Assembly: GCA_965223155.1 (NCBI GenBank)
Contig: CBDCVR010000015.1
Span: 672,001 to 736,000 of the forward strand
From: Candidatus Multivoradales bacterium
GTDB lineage: Bacteria; Acidobacteriota; Thermoanaerobaculia; Multivoradales; JAHEKO01
Reading direction: 5' to 3'
Length of the DNA stretch: 64,000 nucleotides
Both the position numbers and the translations under genes were made by a program. Shown one piece after another: positions 20,961 to 32,103 of the stretch (positions are counted from its first letter, which is position 1; every line of letters begins with the position of its first letter). The notes beneath the pieces are model-generated. The model was not told the DNA's origin. It worked only from the letters and a program-made list of their open reading frames with translations, and did not search any database.

Positions 20961-22970
20961 ATGTCTTCCTGGAAGCCAACAGACGTCGACCACGTAGCGG
21001 TCCAGACCATCCGGTTTCTGGCGGTGGACATGGTCGAGCGCGCCAACTCGGGGCATCCGGGCGCGCCGATGGGGCTGGCCCCTCTGGGCTACACGCTCTT
21101 CGCTCGCCACCTGCGCCACCATCCCGAAAACCCCGACTGGGCCAACCGGGACCGGTTCGTCCTGTCCTGCGGACATGCCTCGGCGCTCCTCTACGCCCTG
21201 CTGCATCTCGCCGGCTACGATCTGCCGCTCGACGAGCTCCGGAACTTCCGCCAGCTCGGCTCGAAAACACCCGGCCATCCCGAGCACGGGCTGACGCCGG
21301 GAGTCGAGACCACCACCGGTCCGCTCGGCCAGGGCATCTCGACGGCTGTGGGCATGGCGATCGCCCGCGACAAGCTGGCCGCCACCTTCAACCGCGACGG
21401 CCAGGAGCTTTTTGATTTCCGCACTTGGGTGATCGCGAGCGACGGCGACTTGATGGAAGGCATTGCCTCGGAGGCGTGCTCGTTCGCGGGACATCTCCGG
21501 CTGGGCTCGCTCAAGGTCTTCTACGACGACAACCAGATCTCGATTGACGGCTCGACCGACTTGACCTTCTCCGAAGACGTCGGCAAACGCTACAAGAGCT
21601 ACGGCTGGAACGTGCTGCGGGTCGAGGACGGCAACGATCTCGAAGCCCTCGATCGGGCGGCCACCCGCGCGGCCGAGCACGAGGACCGGCCGACCCTGGT
21701 CATGGTTCGTACCCACATCGGTTTCGGCAGCCCCAACAAGCAGGACTCCTCGGCGGCCCACGGCTCGCCCCTGGGGACCGGCGAGGTCGAGCTCACCAAG
21801 CGCAACCTGGGGTGGCCGGCCGAGCCGACCTTCCACATCCCGGAAGAGGCGCGGGAAGCCTTCGCGCCGGTCGTCGCGCGTGGCAAGCGCCTCGAGGCCG
21901 AGTGGAGCTCGCTGCGCCGGACGCACGGCGAGCGCCACCCTGATCTCGCCGCCGAGCTGGATCGGCGCCTGGCCGGCAACCTTCCCGAGGACTGGCGCCA
22001 GCATCTGCCGTCGTTCGCTCCGGAGGACGGCCCGGTCGCCACCCGCAAGGCCTCCGGAACGGTCTTGAACGCCCTGGCTCCCGCCTTCCCCGAGTTCGTG
22101 TCGGGCTCTGCCGATCTGACCGGCTCGAACAACACCTATCTGGCCGACGACGGCGACTACTCGGCAAGCGATCCGGTAGCGCGGAACCTCCGCTACGGCG
22201 TCCGCGAGCACGCCATGGGCGCGATCGTCAACGGCCTGGCTCTGACCAAGGCCTTTCTTCCGTACGCCGGTACGTTCCTGGTCTTCTCCGACTACATGCG
22301 GGCGGCGGTGCGCCTGGCGGCCTTGATGGAGCAGCGCTCGATCTTCGTCTTCACCCACGATTCGATCTTCCTGGGCGAGGACGGACCCACGCATCAGCCC
22401 GAAGGCCATCTGGCGTCCCTGCGCGCGATCCCGAACCTGACGGTGCTACGGCCGGCCGACGCCAACGAGGTCGCCGCCGCCTGGGCGGTCGCGATCGAAT
22501 CACCCGACACCCCTTCGGCGATCGTCTTGACCCGGCAGAAGCTGCCCATCCTGGCCGAGACCGCGACGCTCGCCGCTGAGGGCGTCCGCCAGGGCGCCTA
22601 CGTCCTGGCCGGGGCCGACGAAGACGCCGAGGGACTCTTGCTCGCCACCGGCTCGGAGGTCGCCCTGGCACTCGAAGCGCGCGCCCGTCTGGCCGAGGAA
22701 GACATCGCCGTCCGCGTCGTCAGCATGCCGTCCTGGGAGCTCTTTGCCGCCCAGCCCCGGGACGTTCGGGACGGGGTGCTGCCGCCCGAGCTCACCGCCC
22801 GGCTCTCGGTCGAGGCCGGCTCGACCCTGGGCTGGCACCGGTGGGTGGGGAGCGCCGGCGACGTTCTCGGCATCGATCGCTTCGGAGCGTCGGCGCCGGG
22901 GAGCGATCTCGCTGAGCCCTTCGGCCTGACCGCCGAAGCCGTGGCCGGGCGTTTCCGAAAACTGCTCTAG
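20961..22970 (+). CDS. tkt: Transketolase
   Basis: SGHPGAPMG, DRFVLSCGH, TTGPLGQG, GVREHAM, GEDGPTHQP. Confidence 0.97.
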   Translation: MSSWKPTDVDHVAVQTIRFLAVDMVERANSGHPGAPMGLAPLGYTLFARHLRHHPENPDWANRDRFVLSCGHASALLYALLHLAGYDLPLDELRNFRQLGSKTPGHPEHGLTPGVETTTGPLGQGISTAVGMAIARDKLAATFNRDGQELFDFRTWVIASDGDLMEGIASEACSFAGHLRLGSLKVFYDDNQISIDGSTDLTFSEDVGKRYKSYGWNVLRVEDGNDLEALDRAATRAAEHEDRPTLVMVRTHIGFGSPNKQDSSAAHGSPLGTGEVELTKRNLGWPAEPTFHIPEEAREAFAPVVARGKRLEAEWSSLRRTHGERHPDLAAELDRRLAGNLPEDWRQHLPSFAPEDGPVATRKASGTVLNALAPAFPEFVSGSADLTGSNNTYLADDGDYSASDPVARNLRYGVREHAMGAIVNGLALTKAFLPYAGTFLVFSDYMRAAVRLAALMEQRSIFVFTHDSIFLGEDGPTHQPEGHLASLRAIPNLTVLRPADANEVAAAWAVAIESPDTPSAIVLTRQKLPILAETATLAAEGVRQGAYVLAGADEDAEGLLLATGSEVALALEARARLAEEDIAVRVVSMPSWELFAAQPRDVRDGVLPPELTARLSVEAGSTLGWHRWVGSAGDVLGIDRFGASAPGSDLAEPFGLTAEAVAGRFRKLL

Positions 22971-23055
22971 GACGCAACCGGTAGCGGACGCCGGGGCGCG
23001 GAAGCGGTCCCGCCGCGGCCCGTTCGTCCCGGCCGAGCCTTGGCCTGACGGGCAG

Positions 23056-24804
23056 CTAGTTGACGTAGCCGTGGGCCTGGAGCTGGCGGCGGCGGGTCTC
23101 GGCCTCGTCCGGGGTCTCGGCGTCGTCAGAGGTCTCGACAGCGGCCTGTGCTCGCTCCAGCTCTCGCCGGCGTCGCCGCTCTCCCGCCGAGGTGACCGCC
23201 GGATTGTGCCAGTACCCGAAAAATGCCGGCGCCCGCCCGTCCGGGCCCTCTTCCTCGACCGCCACGCAAAGCTCCACCCAGCGATGAGCGAATGCGGCGA
23301 GATCCACCGTCGCGCGGCCCTTGGTCTCGAGCGCGGCGCCACCTTCCGGCTCCGGCTCCAGGCCCAGGACGTCCTCGAACACGGCACCGGCGGTCTCGTC
23401 GCCCTCTTGGACCGTGGCCTGGAAGACGGCGCGGTAGGCGGCGATGCCGCGCTTCGTGAGCCCGCGCCGGTTGACGCCGTAGCCGAGCGCGAGCTGGGCG
23501 CCCTCCGGAACCAGCAATCGCCGGCAGGCTTTCTTGTCCTTCAGAACCTGCATCTCGACCCCGTCGATGCGGACGTCGATGAGTCCGTACGATTCCATGA
23601 ACCCGTAGATGCGGCGGTCGGTGTACCGGTATCCCGGGGAGGGCTCGACAGCCCGCTCGCTTGGAGCTCGCAAGGCCGCGAGCTGCGGGGCGTAGTCGTA
23701 CGGGTAGCGGCTGGGCCGGACCGGATCGAAGAGCGGCTCCCATTGCCAGACGGTGTCGCCATGCCGATCGATCTCGAAGAGCCGCCCGCTCCGGCTGGAG
23801 GCAATCACGGTGTTGCCTCCCGGTAGGCGCTGGCCCACGCCCGCCGTCGGGCTGAAGAACTCCTCAGCGTCGTAGCGCCAGACGATCTCCTCGGTCACCG
23901 GATCGATCTCCAGGATCGCGCTCTGCCGATACCGGACGCGGTTGTTCAAGCCGTTGTCGAAGATCTGGACGGTCCCAGCCCCCGGCTCGCCGAGGGGAAT
24001 CATGCGGGCTTCGTGCTGCCGGTCGAGATCCCGATCGAAGAACCAGACCACCTCCTTCGTCGCCTTGTCCACGACGAAGACCGCGTTGCGATTGCGCGCC
24101 GAGACCAGGACATTGCCGGGACGGAAGCGTTCGTCGCCGGCCGCAAACCACGGATTCTCCGGCAAGGACTGGACTGAGTTCATGTGGGTGAGCTCGCCGC
24201 CCTCCGGAAGCGGATCCGGGAAGTAGGCCGCCAAGCCTTCGAGCGCGCGCCATTCCCAGACGACCTCGCCCGCGGGATCGACCTCCACCAAATCGTCGGC
24301 GCGCTCGCCATCGCGCAGGACGATCGTCAGCGTGTTGCCGTTGGCCAGCCGCTCGAGATCGTGATGCGGAAACATTCCGTCGAACGCCCGCTCCCAGACC
24401 AGATTGCCGTCCCAGTCGTACTCGACCAGCGAGCGTCCCCGGGCCAGGCCCAGGAGATTGCCGTTGGCCAGGAGCTTGACCCGGGACTTGACCCGAGCCT
24501 CCGGCCAAGCGTGGACAACCCTGCCGTTCATGTCGAACAGAACGGGCACCCGCGACCAGAAGAGCGCCAGGTTGTAGCCGCTCGCGGACCGTTCCGGGTT
24601 GTAAATCGAGATCCAGGACGGCGGGTCGTGGACGGCAAGAAACTCGTAGCCCTTCGGATGCCGGCTCCAAAGGCCGGTGCCTTTGTCTTCGTCCGGACCG
24701 CCGCAATCGGAGACCACCAGCGTCAAAATGACGGCCACAAGCACCCTGAGCGAAGCGGCCGTTCGGCGACCCGTGTGGGCACCGGCGTGTTCAGTCCGAC
24801 CCAT
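23056..24804 (-). CDS. Arylsulfotransferase (ASST)-family protein
   Basis: HHD, THMNSV, QHEAR, FDNG, QRLPGGNTVI beta-propeller motifs; lipoprotein-like N-terminus. Confidence 0.75.
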   Translation of the reverse strand: MGRTEHAGAHTGRRTAASLRVLVAVILTLVVSDCGGPDEDKGTGLWSRHPKGYEFLAVHDPPSWISIYNPERSASGYNLALFWSRVPVLFDMNGRVVHAWPEARVKSRVKLLANGNLLGLARGRSLVEYDWDGNLVWERAFDGMFPHHDLERLANGNTLTIVLRDGERADDLVEVDPAGEVVWEWRALEGLAAYFPDPLPEGGELTHMNSVQSLPENPWFAAGDERFRPGNVLVSARNRNAVFVVDKATKEVVWFFDRDLDRQHEARMIPLGEPGAGTVQIFDNGLNNRVRYRQSAILEIDPVTEEIVWRYDAEEFFSPTAGVGQRLPGGNTVIASSRSGRLFEIDRHGDTVWQWEPLFDPVRPSRYPYDYAPQLAALRAPSERAVEPSPGYRYTDRRIYGFMESYGLIDVRIDGVEMQVLKDKKACRRLLVPEGAQLALGYGVNRRGLTKRGIAAYRAVFQATVQEGDETAGAVFEDVLGLEPEPEGGAALETKGRATVDLAAFAHRWVELCVAVEEEGPDGRAPAFFGYWHNPAVTSAGERRRRRELERAQAAVETSDDAETPDEAETRRRQLQAHGYVN

Positions 24805-25616
24805 CAGTACGGGGTGTCGCCGCCGTCGATGTTGATCGCCTGCCCGCGGACGATCCGGGCCCGCTCGGACAGGAGAAACGCCACGACGCGGCCGACCTCG
24901 ATAGGCCTGACGTGCCGGCCGAGCTGGGTCGGCACCATCTCCGCGCGAAGAGTCTCGGCGTCAAGGCCGGCCGAGGTGCCGATCCAGTCGGCGACCTCGG
25001 TCAGCATCGACGTATCGACCCCACCGGGACAAACGGCGTTGACGTTGATTCCCGCTCCGGCCCATTCGGCCGCCAGCGACCGGGTGAGGTTGATCACCGC
25101 CGCCTTGGAAGCGTTGTAGGCAGCCATGTTGGGATAGCCCACTTTGCCGGCGTTCGAAGCCACGTTGACGACCGCTCCCCCGGTCCCGGCAGCGGTCCAG
25201 TGCCGAGCGGCCGCGCGCGCGCAAGCCCACACCGCCCGGGCGTTGACCGCAAACTGACGCTCCCATGCGCCGGCGGTCTCTTCGAGAGCCGGCGCCATCG
25301 CCAGAACGCCGGCGTTGTTGACCCAGCCATCGAGCCGGCCGAAGCGTTCGACCGTCTGGTCGATTGCCCCAGCGATCGCCTCCTCGTCGGTGACGTCGAG
25401 TTCGAGTGCCAAGGCGCGATCCTCGGCCACGCCCAGCAGGTGCCCTGGCTCAGGGACGGTCTCGGGGACGATCTCACGGACGGTCTCGCGGGCGGATTCA
25501 CCGTCGAGATCGCTCACCGCCACCAGACCCCCTTCCTCGACGATCGCTCGCGCGATACCGCGACCGATCCCACGCCCGGCACCGGTGACGAAGCAGACCT
25601 TGTCCTGCAAGAACAC
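24804..25616 (-). CDS. SDR family oxidoreductase
   Basis: TGAGRGIG, NNAG, YNASK. Confidence 0.9.
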   Translation of the reverse strand: MFLQDKVCFVTGAGRGIGRGIARAIVEEGGLVAVSDLDGESARETVREIVPETVPEPGHLLGVAEDRALALELDVTDEEAIAGAIDQTVERFGRLDGWVNNAGVLAMAPALEETAGAWERQFAVNARAVWACARAAARHWTAAGTGGAVVNVASNAGKVGYPNMAAYNASKAAVINLTRSLAAEWAGAGINVNAVCPGGVDTSMLTEVADWIGTSAGLDAETLRAEMVPTQLGRHVRPIEVGRVVAFLLSERARIVRGQAINIDGGDTPY

Positions 25617-25630
25617 CGCTCGCGCTCCTC

Positions 25631-26434
<804 letters not shown>

Positions 26435-26436
26435 GC

Positions 26437-27738
26437 TCAGAGACCCAAGATTCCGGCTTGCCCGTGGAAGAAGATCCCGGCCAATGCTCCGGTCAGAAGA
26501 GTCGCCACGGTCGCCGCCAGCAACGCACGCAGCGCCAGTCCGGCCAGATCCTCCAGCCGATCCCGCGCCAGCGCCCCGAAGCCGCCCACCGCGATGCCCA
26601 TGCCGCCGACATGGGCGAAGCCGCAGAGAGCGTAGGAAAGGATCAGGATCGAGCGCGGTGAAAGCTCGCGCGCCGACGCCAGGCCGCCTAGCTCCTGGTA
26701 GCTCACCACCTCGGTCAGGATCAGACGCTGGCCCAAGAGCTTGGAAGCCGACGCCAGGTCGGCCGCCTCGATGCCCAGAAGCCAAGCCACCGGCTGGAAG
26801 GCGAAGCCCAGAAGCCCGGCGAGAGTCAAGGGCGTGTCAAGATCGAAGACGAGACCGCCCAGCTTCGCTAGCAGCAAATCCAAGACTCCCACCAAGCCCA
26901 GGACCGCGATCAGAATGGTCGTGATCCCGGCGGCTACCTTGAGGCCGTCCCAGGCTCCCGACGCCAGCGCTCCCATGAAGCTCGCGTGGCGCTCGCTTCG
27001 CGCCATCGGTGGCACGTCCCCCGCCGTCACCGGCTCTCCGGTCTCGGGCAAGATGAGCTTCGCGGCCAGCACCGAGCAGGGAATCGACAGGAGCGACGCC
27101 GAGAGCAGGTGGCCGGCGATCTGCGGGAAGGCGTCCCGCAGGAAGATCACATAGACGGCCAGGGTGGTCGAGGCGACCGTGGCCAGGTTCGAGGCCAGCA
27201 CCGTCAGAAGCTCTGAACGGGTCATGGTGCCGAGATACGGCCGTACCGCGGCCGCGGTCTCGACGCCGAAGAACATGTGGACCGAGCCCGTCAGCGCCTC
27301 GGCCCCGGACAACCGCAGGGTCTTGTGGAAGATCCGGCCGAAGAACCGCACCACCGGCTCGATGACGTTGAGGTGGTGGAGAACCGCCATGAGCGACGCG
27401 AAGAAGATGACCGCGGGCAGCACCTGGGCGGCGAGCACGAAGCCGACCGAGGGCTCGCCGGCGGCGGTGGTCCGGCCTGGGCCGAGGGCCAGGGGACCGA
27501 ACAGGAACTCGGCGCCCTTGGCGCTACTGCTCAGCAAGCCCAGCACGACGTCGTTGGCGATCTCGAGGAGCCGCCGGGTGGCAGGCACCAGAAACACCAC
27601 CGCGCCCAGGCCGAAGGTCAGGATTGTCGAGCCCGCGACCGTGCGCCACGACACCGGCCGGCGGCAACCACCCAGAATCCACGCCAGAGCGCAGAGCGCG
27701 AACCAGCCCAGAAGCGATACGAAGTTGAGGTAGCTCAT
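26437..27738 (-). CDS. CNT-family (NupC-like) nucleoside transporter
   Basis: QVLPAVIFF, PYLGTMTRSEL, SYALCGFAH. Confidence 0.88.
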   Translation of the reverse strand: MSYLNFVSLLGWFALCALAWILGGCRRPVSWRTVAGSTILTFGLGAVVFLVPATRRLLEIANDVVLGLLSSSAKGAEFLFGPLALGPGRTTAAGEPSVGFVLAAQVLPAVIFFASLMAVLHHLNVIEPVVRFFGRIFHKTLRLSGAEALTGSVHMFFGVETAAAVRPYLGTMTRSELLTVLASNLATVASTTLAVYVIFLRDAFPQIAGHLLSASLLSIPCSVLAAKLILPETGEPVTAGDVPPMARSERHASFMGALASGAWDGLKVAAGITTILIAVLGLVGVLDLLLAKLGGLVFDLDTPLTLAGLLGFAFQPVAWLLGIEAADLASASKLLGQRLILTEVVSYQELGGLASARELSPRSILILSYALCGFAHVGGMGIAVGGFGALARDRLEDLAGLALRALLAATVATLLTGALAGIFFHGQAGILGL

Positions 27739-27841
27739 CCGGTCCTGAGATTATCCATCACGTTGGCGCAGGTTGGGCAGGTCGGGCCATCCGGACAGGA
27801 AGACTCCGGATCGTGCGGACCGAGGGTGGTAGCTTCACGTC

Positions 27842-28384
27842 ATGCAATTGCAACTCGATGACGCCCTCGCGATTCTGGAACGCACGCCGAACACCCTCGA
27901 AGCCATGCTCACCGGTCTTGCCGACGACTGGATCCGGACCGACGAGGGGCCGGACACCTGGAGCGCCTTCGACGTCGTCGGCCACCTGATCCACGGCGAA
28001 GTCACGGACTGGATGGCCCGGCTGGAGCGGATTCGGACCGACGGCCCGGACGTGCCCTTTGAACCCTTTGACCGCTTCGCCCAGTACGAGGCCAGCCGAG
28101 GCAGGTCCCTGGCCGACCTTCTGGCCGAGTTCGCCCGGCTACGCGCCGCCAATCTGGATCGGCTGCGGGGACTCGGCCTGACGCCCAACGACTTCGCCCT
28201 GCCCGGCATGCATCCCGAGCTTGGGCCCGTTACCCTGGGGCAGCTACTGGCCACCTGGGTGGTTCATGACCTCGGGCACATCGCCCAGATCTCCCGGGTC
28301 CTCGCCAAGTGCTACGCCGGCGAAGTCGGCCCGTGGGGCGAGTACCTGCCGGTTCTGAGCGATCGAGAACCGCTCACTCCTTGA
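27842..28384 (+). CDS. DinB family protein
   Basis: WSAFDVVGHL, HPELGPVTL, HDLGHIAQI. Confidence 0.88.
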   Translation: MQLQLDDALAILERTPNTLEAMLTGLADDWIRTDEGPDTWSAFDVVGHLIHGEVTDWMARLERIRTDGPDVPFEPFDRFAQYEASRGRSLADLLAEFARLRAANLDRLRGLGLTPNDFALPGMHPELGPVTLGQLLATWVVHDLGHIAQISRVLAKCYAGEVGPWGEYLPVLSDREPLTP

Positions 28385-29153
28385 TCTCGAAGAGGTGGTC
28401 CTCCAGAAATTTGAGCTCGTCGATGCCCGAGATCACGATCTCGGGGTCGGTGGCGAACCGGGACCGCTCCGGCTTGTCCGGATACTTCACCTTGCCCAAG
28501 AAATGCTTGATGCAGTTGATCCGCGCTCGCTTCTTGTTGTCCGAACGGATGATCGTCCAGGGAGTAAGCGTCCGGTTCGACTCGCCCAGCATCTGGAACT
28601 TCTTGATCGTGTACTGATTCCATAGATCCTGCGCCTTCTGATCAACGGGCGAGATCTTGTACTGCTTCAACGGATCGTCCACTCGGGAAGCGAAGCGCCG
28701 GGCCTGCTCTTCCTTCGACACCGAGAAGTAGTACTTGAAGAGCTGAATTCCATCCTTGACCAGGAGCTTCTCGAACAGCGGCACGTCCTTCAAGAACCGT
28801 TTGTTCTGCTCATCGGTACAGAAGCCCATGATCGGCTCAACCATGGCACGGTTGTACCAAGACCGGTCGAAGAAGACGATTTCCCCGGCCGTTGGGAGAT
28901 GGGCAACGTAGCGCTGGAAGTACCACTGCGAGCGCTCCCGGTCGCTGGGCTTCTCGAGCGCGACCACGCGCGCGCCCCGGGGGTTCAGATGCTGAGTGAA
29001 CCGCTTGATGGTGCCGCCCTTGCCGGCGGCGTCGCGACCCTCGAACAGAGCAACGACCCGCAGGCCCTCGGCCTTGACGTGGTTCTGGAACTTCAAGAGC
29101 TCCACCTGCAAGCTCTGGAGCTCTTGCCAGTATGCCGACTTGCTCTTGCCCAT
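28374..29153 (-). CDS. ppk2: Polyphosphate kinase 2
   Basis: EGRDAAGKGG, FDRSWYNR. Confidence 0.95.
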   Translation of the reverse strand: MGKSKSAYWQELQSLQVELLKFQNHVKAEGLRVVALFEGRDAAGKGGTIKRFTQHLNPRGARVVALEKPSDRERSQWYFQRYVAHLPTAGEIVFFDRSWYNRAMVEPIMGFCTDEQNKRFLKDVPLFEKLLVKDGIQLFKYYFSVSKEEQARRFASRVDDPLKQYKISPVDQKAQDLWNQYTIKKFQMLGESNRTLTPWTIIRSDNKKRARINCIKHFLGKVKYPDKPERSRFATDPEIVISGIDELKFLEDHLFEIKE

Positions 29154-29170
29154 GGCGGTTCCTCCCCGAT

Positions 29171-30112
29171 CTAGTCCACCAACGCGCCCTGGCGCCGCTG
29201 ACGCTTCATGCGCTTGAGCTCGACGTCGCCGGGCACGACCACGTCGGGGTCGAGCTCGAACGAAAGGCTGCGGCTCCGGCCACGATAGGGAACCAGGCTC
29301 AAAATCAGCTTGATCGTCTCACGCCGCGCCGAGTGCTTGTCGTCTGAGCGAATGATGTACCAGGGGGTCTGTGGCGTGTGGGTCTTCTGCAAGAGCTTGA
29401 ACTTCTTCTCCGTGAACTGATCCCAGAGCTCCTGAGCCTGGAGATCCACCTCGCTCAGCTTCCACTGCCTGAGCGGGTCGTTGCGCCGGCGCCGGAAGCG
29501 CCGCTCCTGCTCGCGTCGCGAGACCGAAAAATAGAGCTTGATGAGGTAGGTGGTGCCGTCGGCGAGCATGCGCTCTTCGTAGCCGGTCACCCGCTTCATG
29601 AAGTTCCGGTATTCCTTCGGACTGCAGAACCCCATCACCGGCTCGACCATCGCCCGGTTGTACCAGCTCCGGTCGAAGAGCACGATCTCGCCGGCGTGCG
29701 GAAACTGCTCGATGTAGCGCTTCATGTGGAGCTCGGTCTTCTGCTCTTCGGTGGGCTTGCCTAGAGCCACGACCCGGTAGCGCTTCTCGTTCATGTAGCG
29801 GGCCACCCGCCGGATCGTGCCGCCCTTGCCCGAGGCATCGCGCCCGTCGAACAGAATGATGACCTTGCGCCCGGTGGCTTCGATGTGCTGCTGCAGCTTG
29901 ATCAGCTCGGCCTGATAGGGCTTCAGTTCCTCGGCCTTGAAGTACCGCTCGAGCGCGGCCTGGACGACCCGCTTGGTTTCCTTCTTCTTCAACTGACGCC
30001 GGGCCGAGCGCGCGACTTCGCGCGGAGCCTCGTCAGGCAGATCGCTCAGGACGCGTGCGACCGCGAGCCGGATCTTGGATTTCGGCTTGACCCTCGCCTC
30101 GGTGCCGGCCAT
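29171..30112 (-). CDS. ppk2: Polyphosphate kinase 2 (second paralog, N-terminal extension)
   Basis: DGRDASGKGG, FDRSWYNR. Confidence 0.93.
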   Translation of the reverse strand: MAGTEARVKPKSKIRLAVARVLSDLPDEAPREVARSARRQLKKKETKRVVQAALERYFKAEELKPYQAELIKLQQHIEATGRKVIILFDGRDASGKGGTIRRVARYMNEKRYRVVALGKPTEEQKTELHMKRYIEQFPHAGEIVLFDRSWYNRAMVEPVMGFCSPKEYRNFMKRVTGYEERMLADGTTYLIKLYFSVSRREQERRFRRRRNDPLRQWKLSEVDLQAQELWDQFTEKKFKLLQKTHTPQTPWYIIRSDDKHSARRETIKLILSLVPYRGRSRSLSFELDPDVVVPGDVELKRMKRQRRQGALVD

Positions 30113-30277
30113 TGCCGGCTGTCGTCTGGTTGCTCCCACGGATGGCTCCCGCTGGTTCCGGATTCCTTCGTCGAAACCTTGATCCTAGACAAAGGCGAGC
30201 GACCGCACACCACCTTTTTGGGTCCGGTCGAACCCATCCCAAGAGACAGGGCTGCTATCCTGCGCTCCGCTCGATTC

Positions 30278-30781
30278 ATGGACCCCGTCTACTACGCCTA
30301 CCTCGACGCTCCGATCGGCCCGTTCCTGGTGGCCGGAGACGGTCGGCGCGTCGTGATGACCAGCTTTTCGACCGGCCGCCAACAACGGCGGCCCGAACCC
30401 GGCTGGATCAAGGATCCCGACCCGATCGAGCCCATCCTGGGCCAGCTCGAGGACTACTTCGCCGGCCAGAGGACCGAGTTCGACGTGGAGCTCGAGGTCA
30501 CCGGCACGCCGTTCCAGCTCGCGGCCTGGCGGGCCCTCCGGACGATTCCCTTCGGTGAGACCCGGTCCTACGGTGATGTCGCCAGAGCCCTGGGCGAGCC
30601 GGGAGCAAGCCGTGCCGTGGGCGCGGCCAACGCAGCCAACCGGCTGCCGATCCTGATCCCCTGCCACCGCGTGATCGGCGCCGACGGCACCCTCACCGGC
30701 TTCGGCGGCGGGCTCGACACCAAGCGCTGGCTCCTCGACTTCGAGGGCGCGCTGCCGCCCGAACAGGAAACGTTGTTCTGA
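30278..30781 (+). CDS. ogt: Methylated-DNA--protein-cysteine methyltransferase
   Basis: [24 protein letters not shown]. Confidence 0.93.
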   Translation: MDPVYYAYLDAPIGPFLVAGDGRRVVMTSFSTGRQQRRPEPGWIKDPDPIEPILGQLEDYFAGQRTEFDVELEVTGTPFQLAAWRALRTIPFGETRSYGDVARALGEPGASRAVGAANAANRLPILIPCHRVIGADGTLTGFGGGLDTKRWLLDFEGALPPEQETLF

Positions 30782-30793
30782 GGAACATAGGAC

Positions 30794-30885
30794 GGTGACA
30801 GGATACCTATCCTGTCGCGATGAACGAGGCTCTTGAAGCTTCAGGGCCGCGAGTTCCCCTTCCCGGAGATACGTATCCTGTCACC
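30794..30885. repeat. ~92-bp REP/MITE-like element, copy 1, 13-bp terminal inverted repeats
   Basis: GGTGACAGGATAC at 30794-30806 and GTATCCTGTCACC at 30873-30885; internal sequence aligns with copy 2. Confidence 0.8.
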
Positions 30886-30920
30886 CGATCTCCCCACCCG
30901 ATCTCCCCGGCAATCTCCCC

Positions 30921-31742
30921 CTGATACTTCTCGCGATATTCCTCGCGACCTTTCCGGCGTGCACCAGCGCCGCCACAACGCCTTCAGCTCCGCGCGCCAC
31001 GACGGACGCTCGGGACCCGGCAGGCGCCGAGCCCGAGACCGGCGGCTCCGAAACTGACCACCCGACTTGGCGGTTGGCGGACGACCTCGAAGTCACCGCC
31101 ATCGCTCCGGGCATCTGGCTCCACACCACCTGGCGCGCCCTCGAAGGCGGGCGGCGCTTTCCGTCGAATGGGCTCGTCGTGCGCAACGGACGGGAGGCCG
31201 TGCTCGTCGATACGGCCTGGGGCACCGAGCCCACCGAACGACTCTTGGAATGGATCGATGGGGCTCTGGGTCTTCAGGTAACCGCCGCCGTCGCCACGCA
31301 TTTCCACGACGACCGGCTGGGCGGCGCGCCGGCACTGGCGCGGCGAGGCATCTCGGTCTCGGTTTCGGAAGCCACCCAGCGCCTGGCCCGGAACGAAGAC
31401 CGTCCGTACCTGGCCGCCCTCGGGCAGCTCGCGCCCGGGCAAGCGCTCGCATTCGGTCCGCTCGAGCTCTTCTTCCCGGGACCAGCCCATACCTAGGACA
31501 ATCTGGTGGTCTGGCTGCCCGATCTCGAGATTCTCTTTGGCGGCTGCGCCGTCCGGCCGGCATCCGAGGCGGGCATGGGCAACACCGCCGACGCCGACCT
31601 CGAGGCCTGGGCAGCATCCATCCGGCGCGTGCGCGACCGCTACCGGCCCCGGCTCGTCATTCCAAGCCACGGGCAGGCGGGTACCGCCGATCTCCTCGAC
31701 CACACCATCGCGCTAGCCGAGGCCGCAGTAAGCGGCCCCTAG
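30921..31742 (+). pseudogene. Subclass B1 metallo-beta-lactamase, lipoprotein-type, in-frame TAG at 31494-31496, no clear start codon
   Basis: FPSNGL, VDTAW, THFHDD, GPAHT*DNLVVW, FGGC, VIPSHG all in one frame; LILLAIFLATFPAC signal-like stretch upstream. Confidence 0.85.
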
Positions 31743-31919
31743 AGTTGCGGGTGAAGTTCTGGTGACGGGATTCCCGTCCCGGTCGCTGCAAATGGGACGG
31801 CCCTTAAGTATCAGAGGCCGCGAAGCCTCCCGGAAGATGGGTATCCTTCTATGAGTCGGTCGGTTGGCGTCAAGAGTTTCGTTTCTTCTTTTTGTAGTTT
31901 TCCTTAGGTTTGGATCGAG

Positions 31920-32065
31920 GCTTGGGACGAGCTTCTATTCGCACTCTGTAGGGTTCTTCTTTGAACCGGTGCATGGTGAGTTTTGCGTCCGTTTAGGAAT
32001 CGATGCTCCCATCTGTCACACGGTGTCGGGGCCACCAAGGATACTTTCGGAGTCATCGAACCTCT
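31920..32065 (-). ncRNA. Bridge/seek RNA candidate (target-binding and donor-binding loops)
   Basis: Two stem-internal loop-stem units; loops contain GTATCCT/GTGACAG (target) and ATAGAAG/CTCACC (circle junction); transcript ends unknown. Confidence 0.8.
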
Positions 32066-32103
32066 CAATCCGTCCTTGCTTGTTGGTCGTCTAGTTATCT
32101 CTT

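Noticed and set aside
30794-31847. Integron cassette (attC) reading of the repeats around the beta-lactamase
   Set aside because: No RYYYAAC/GTTRRRY core sites and no integron integrase in the window
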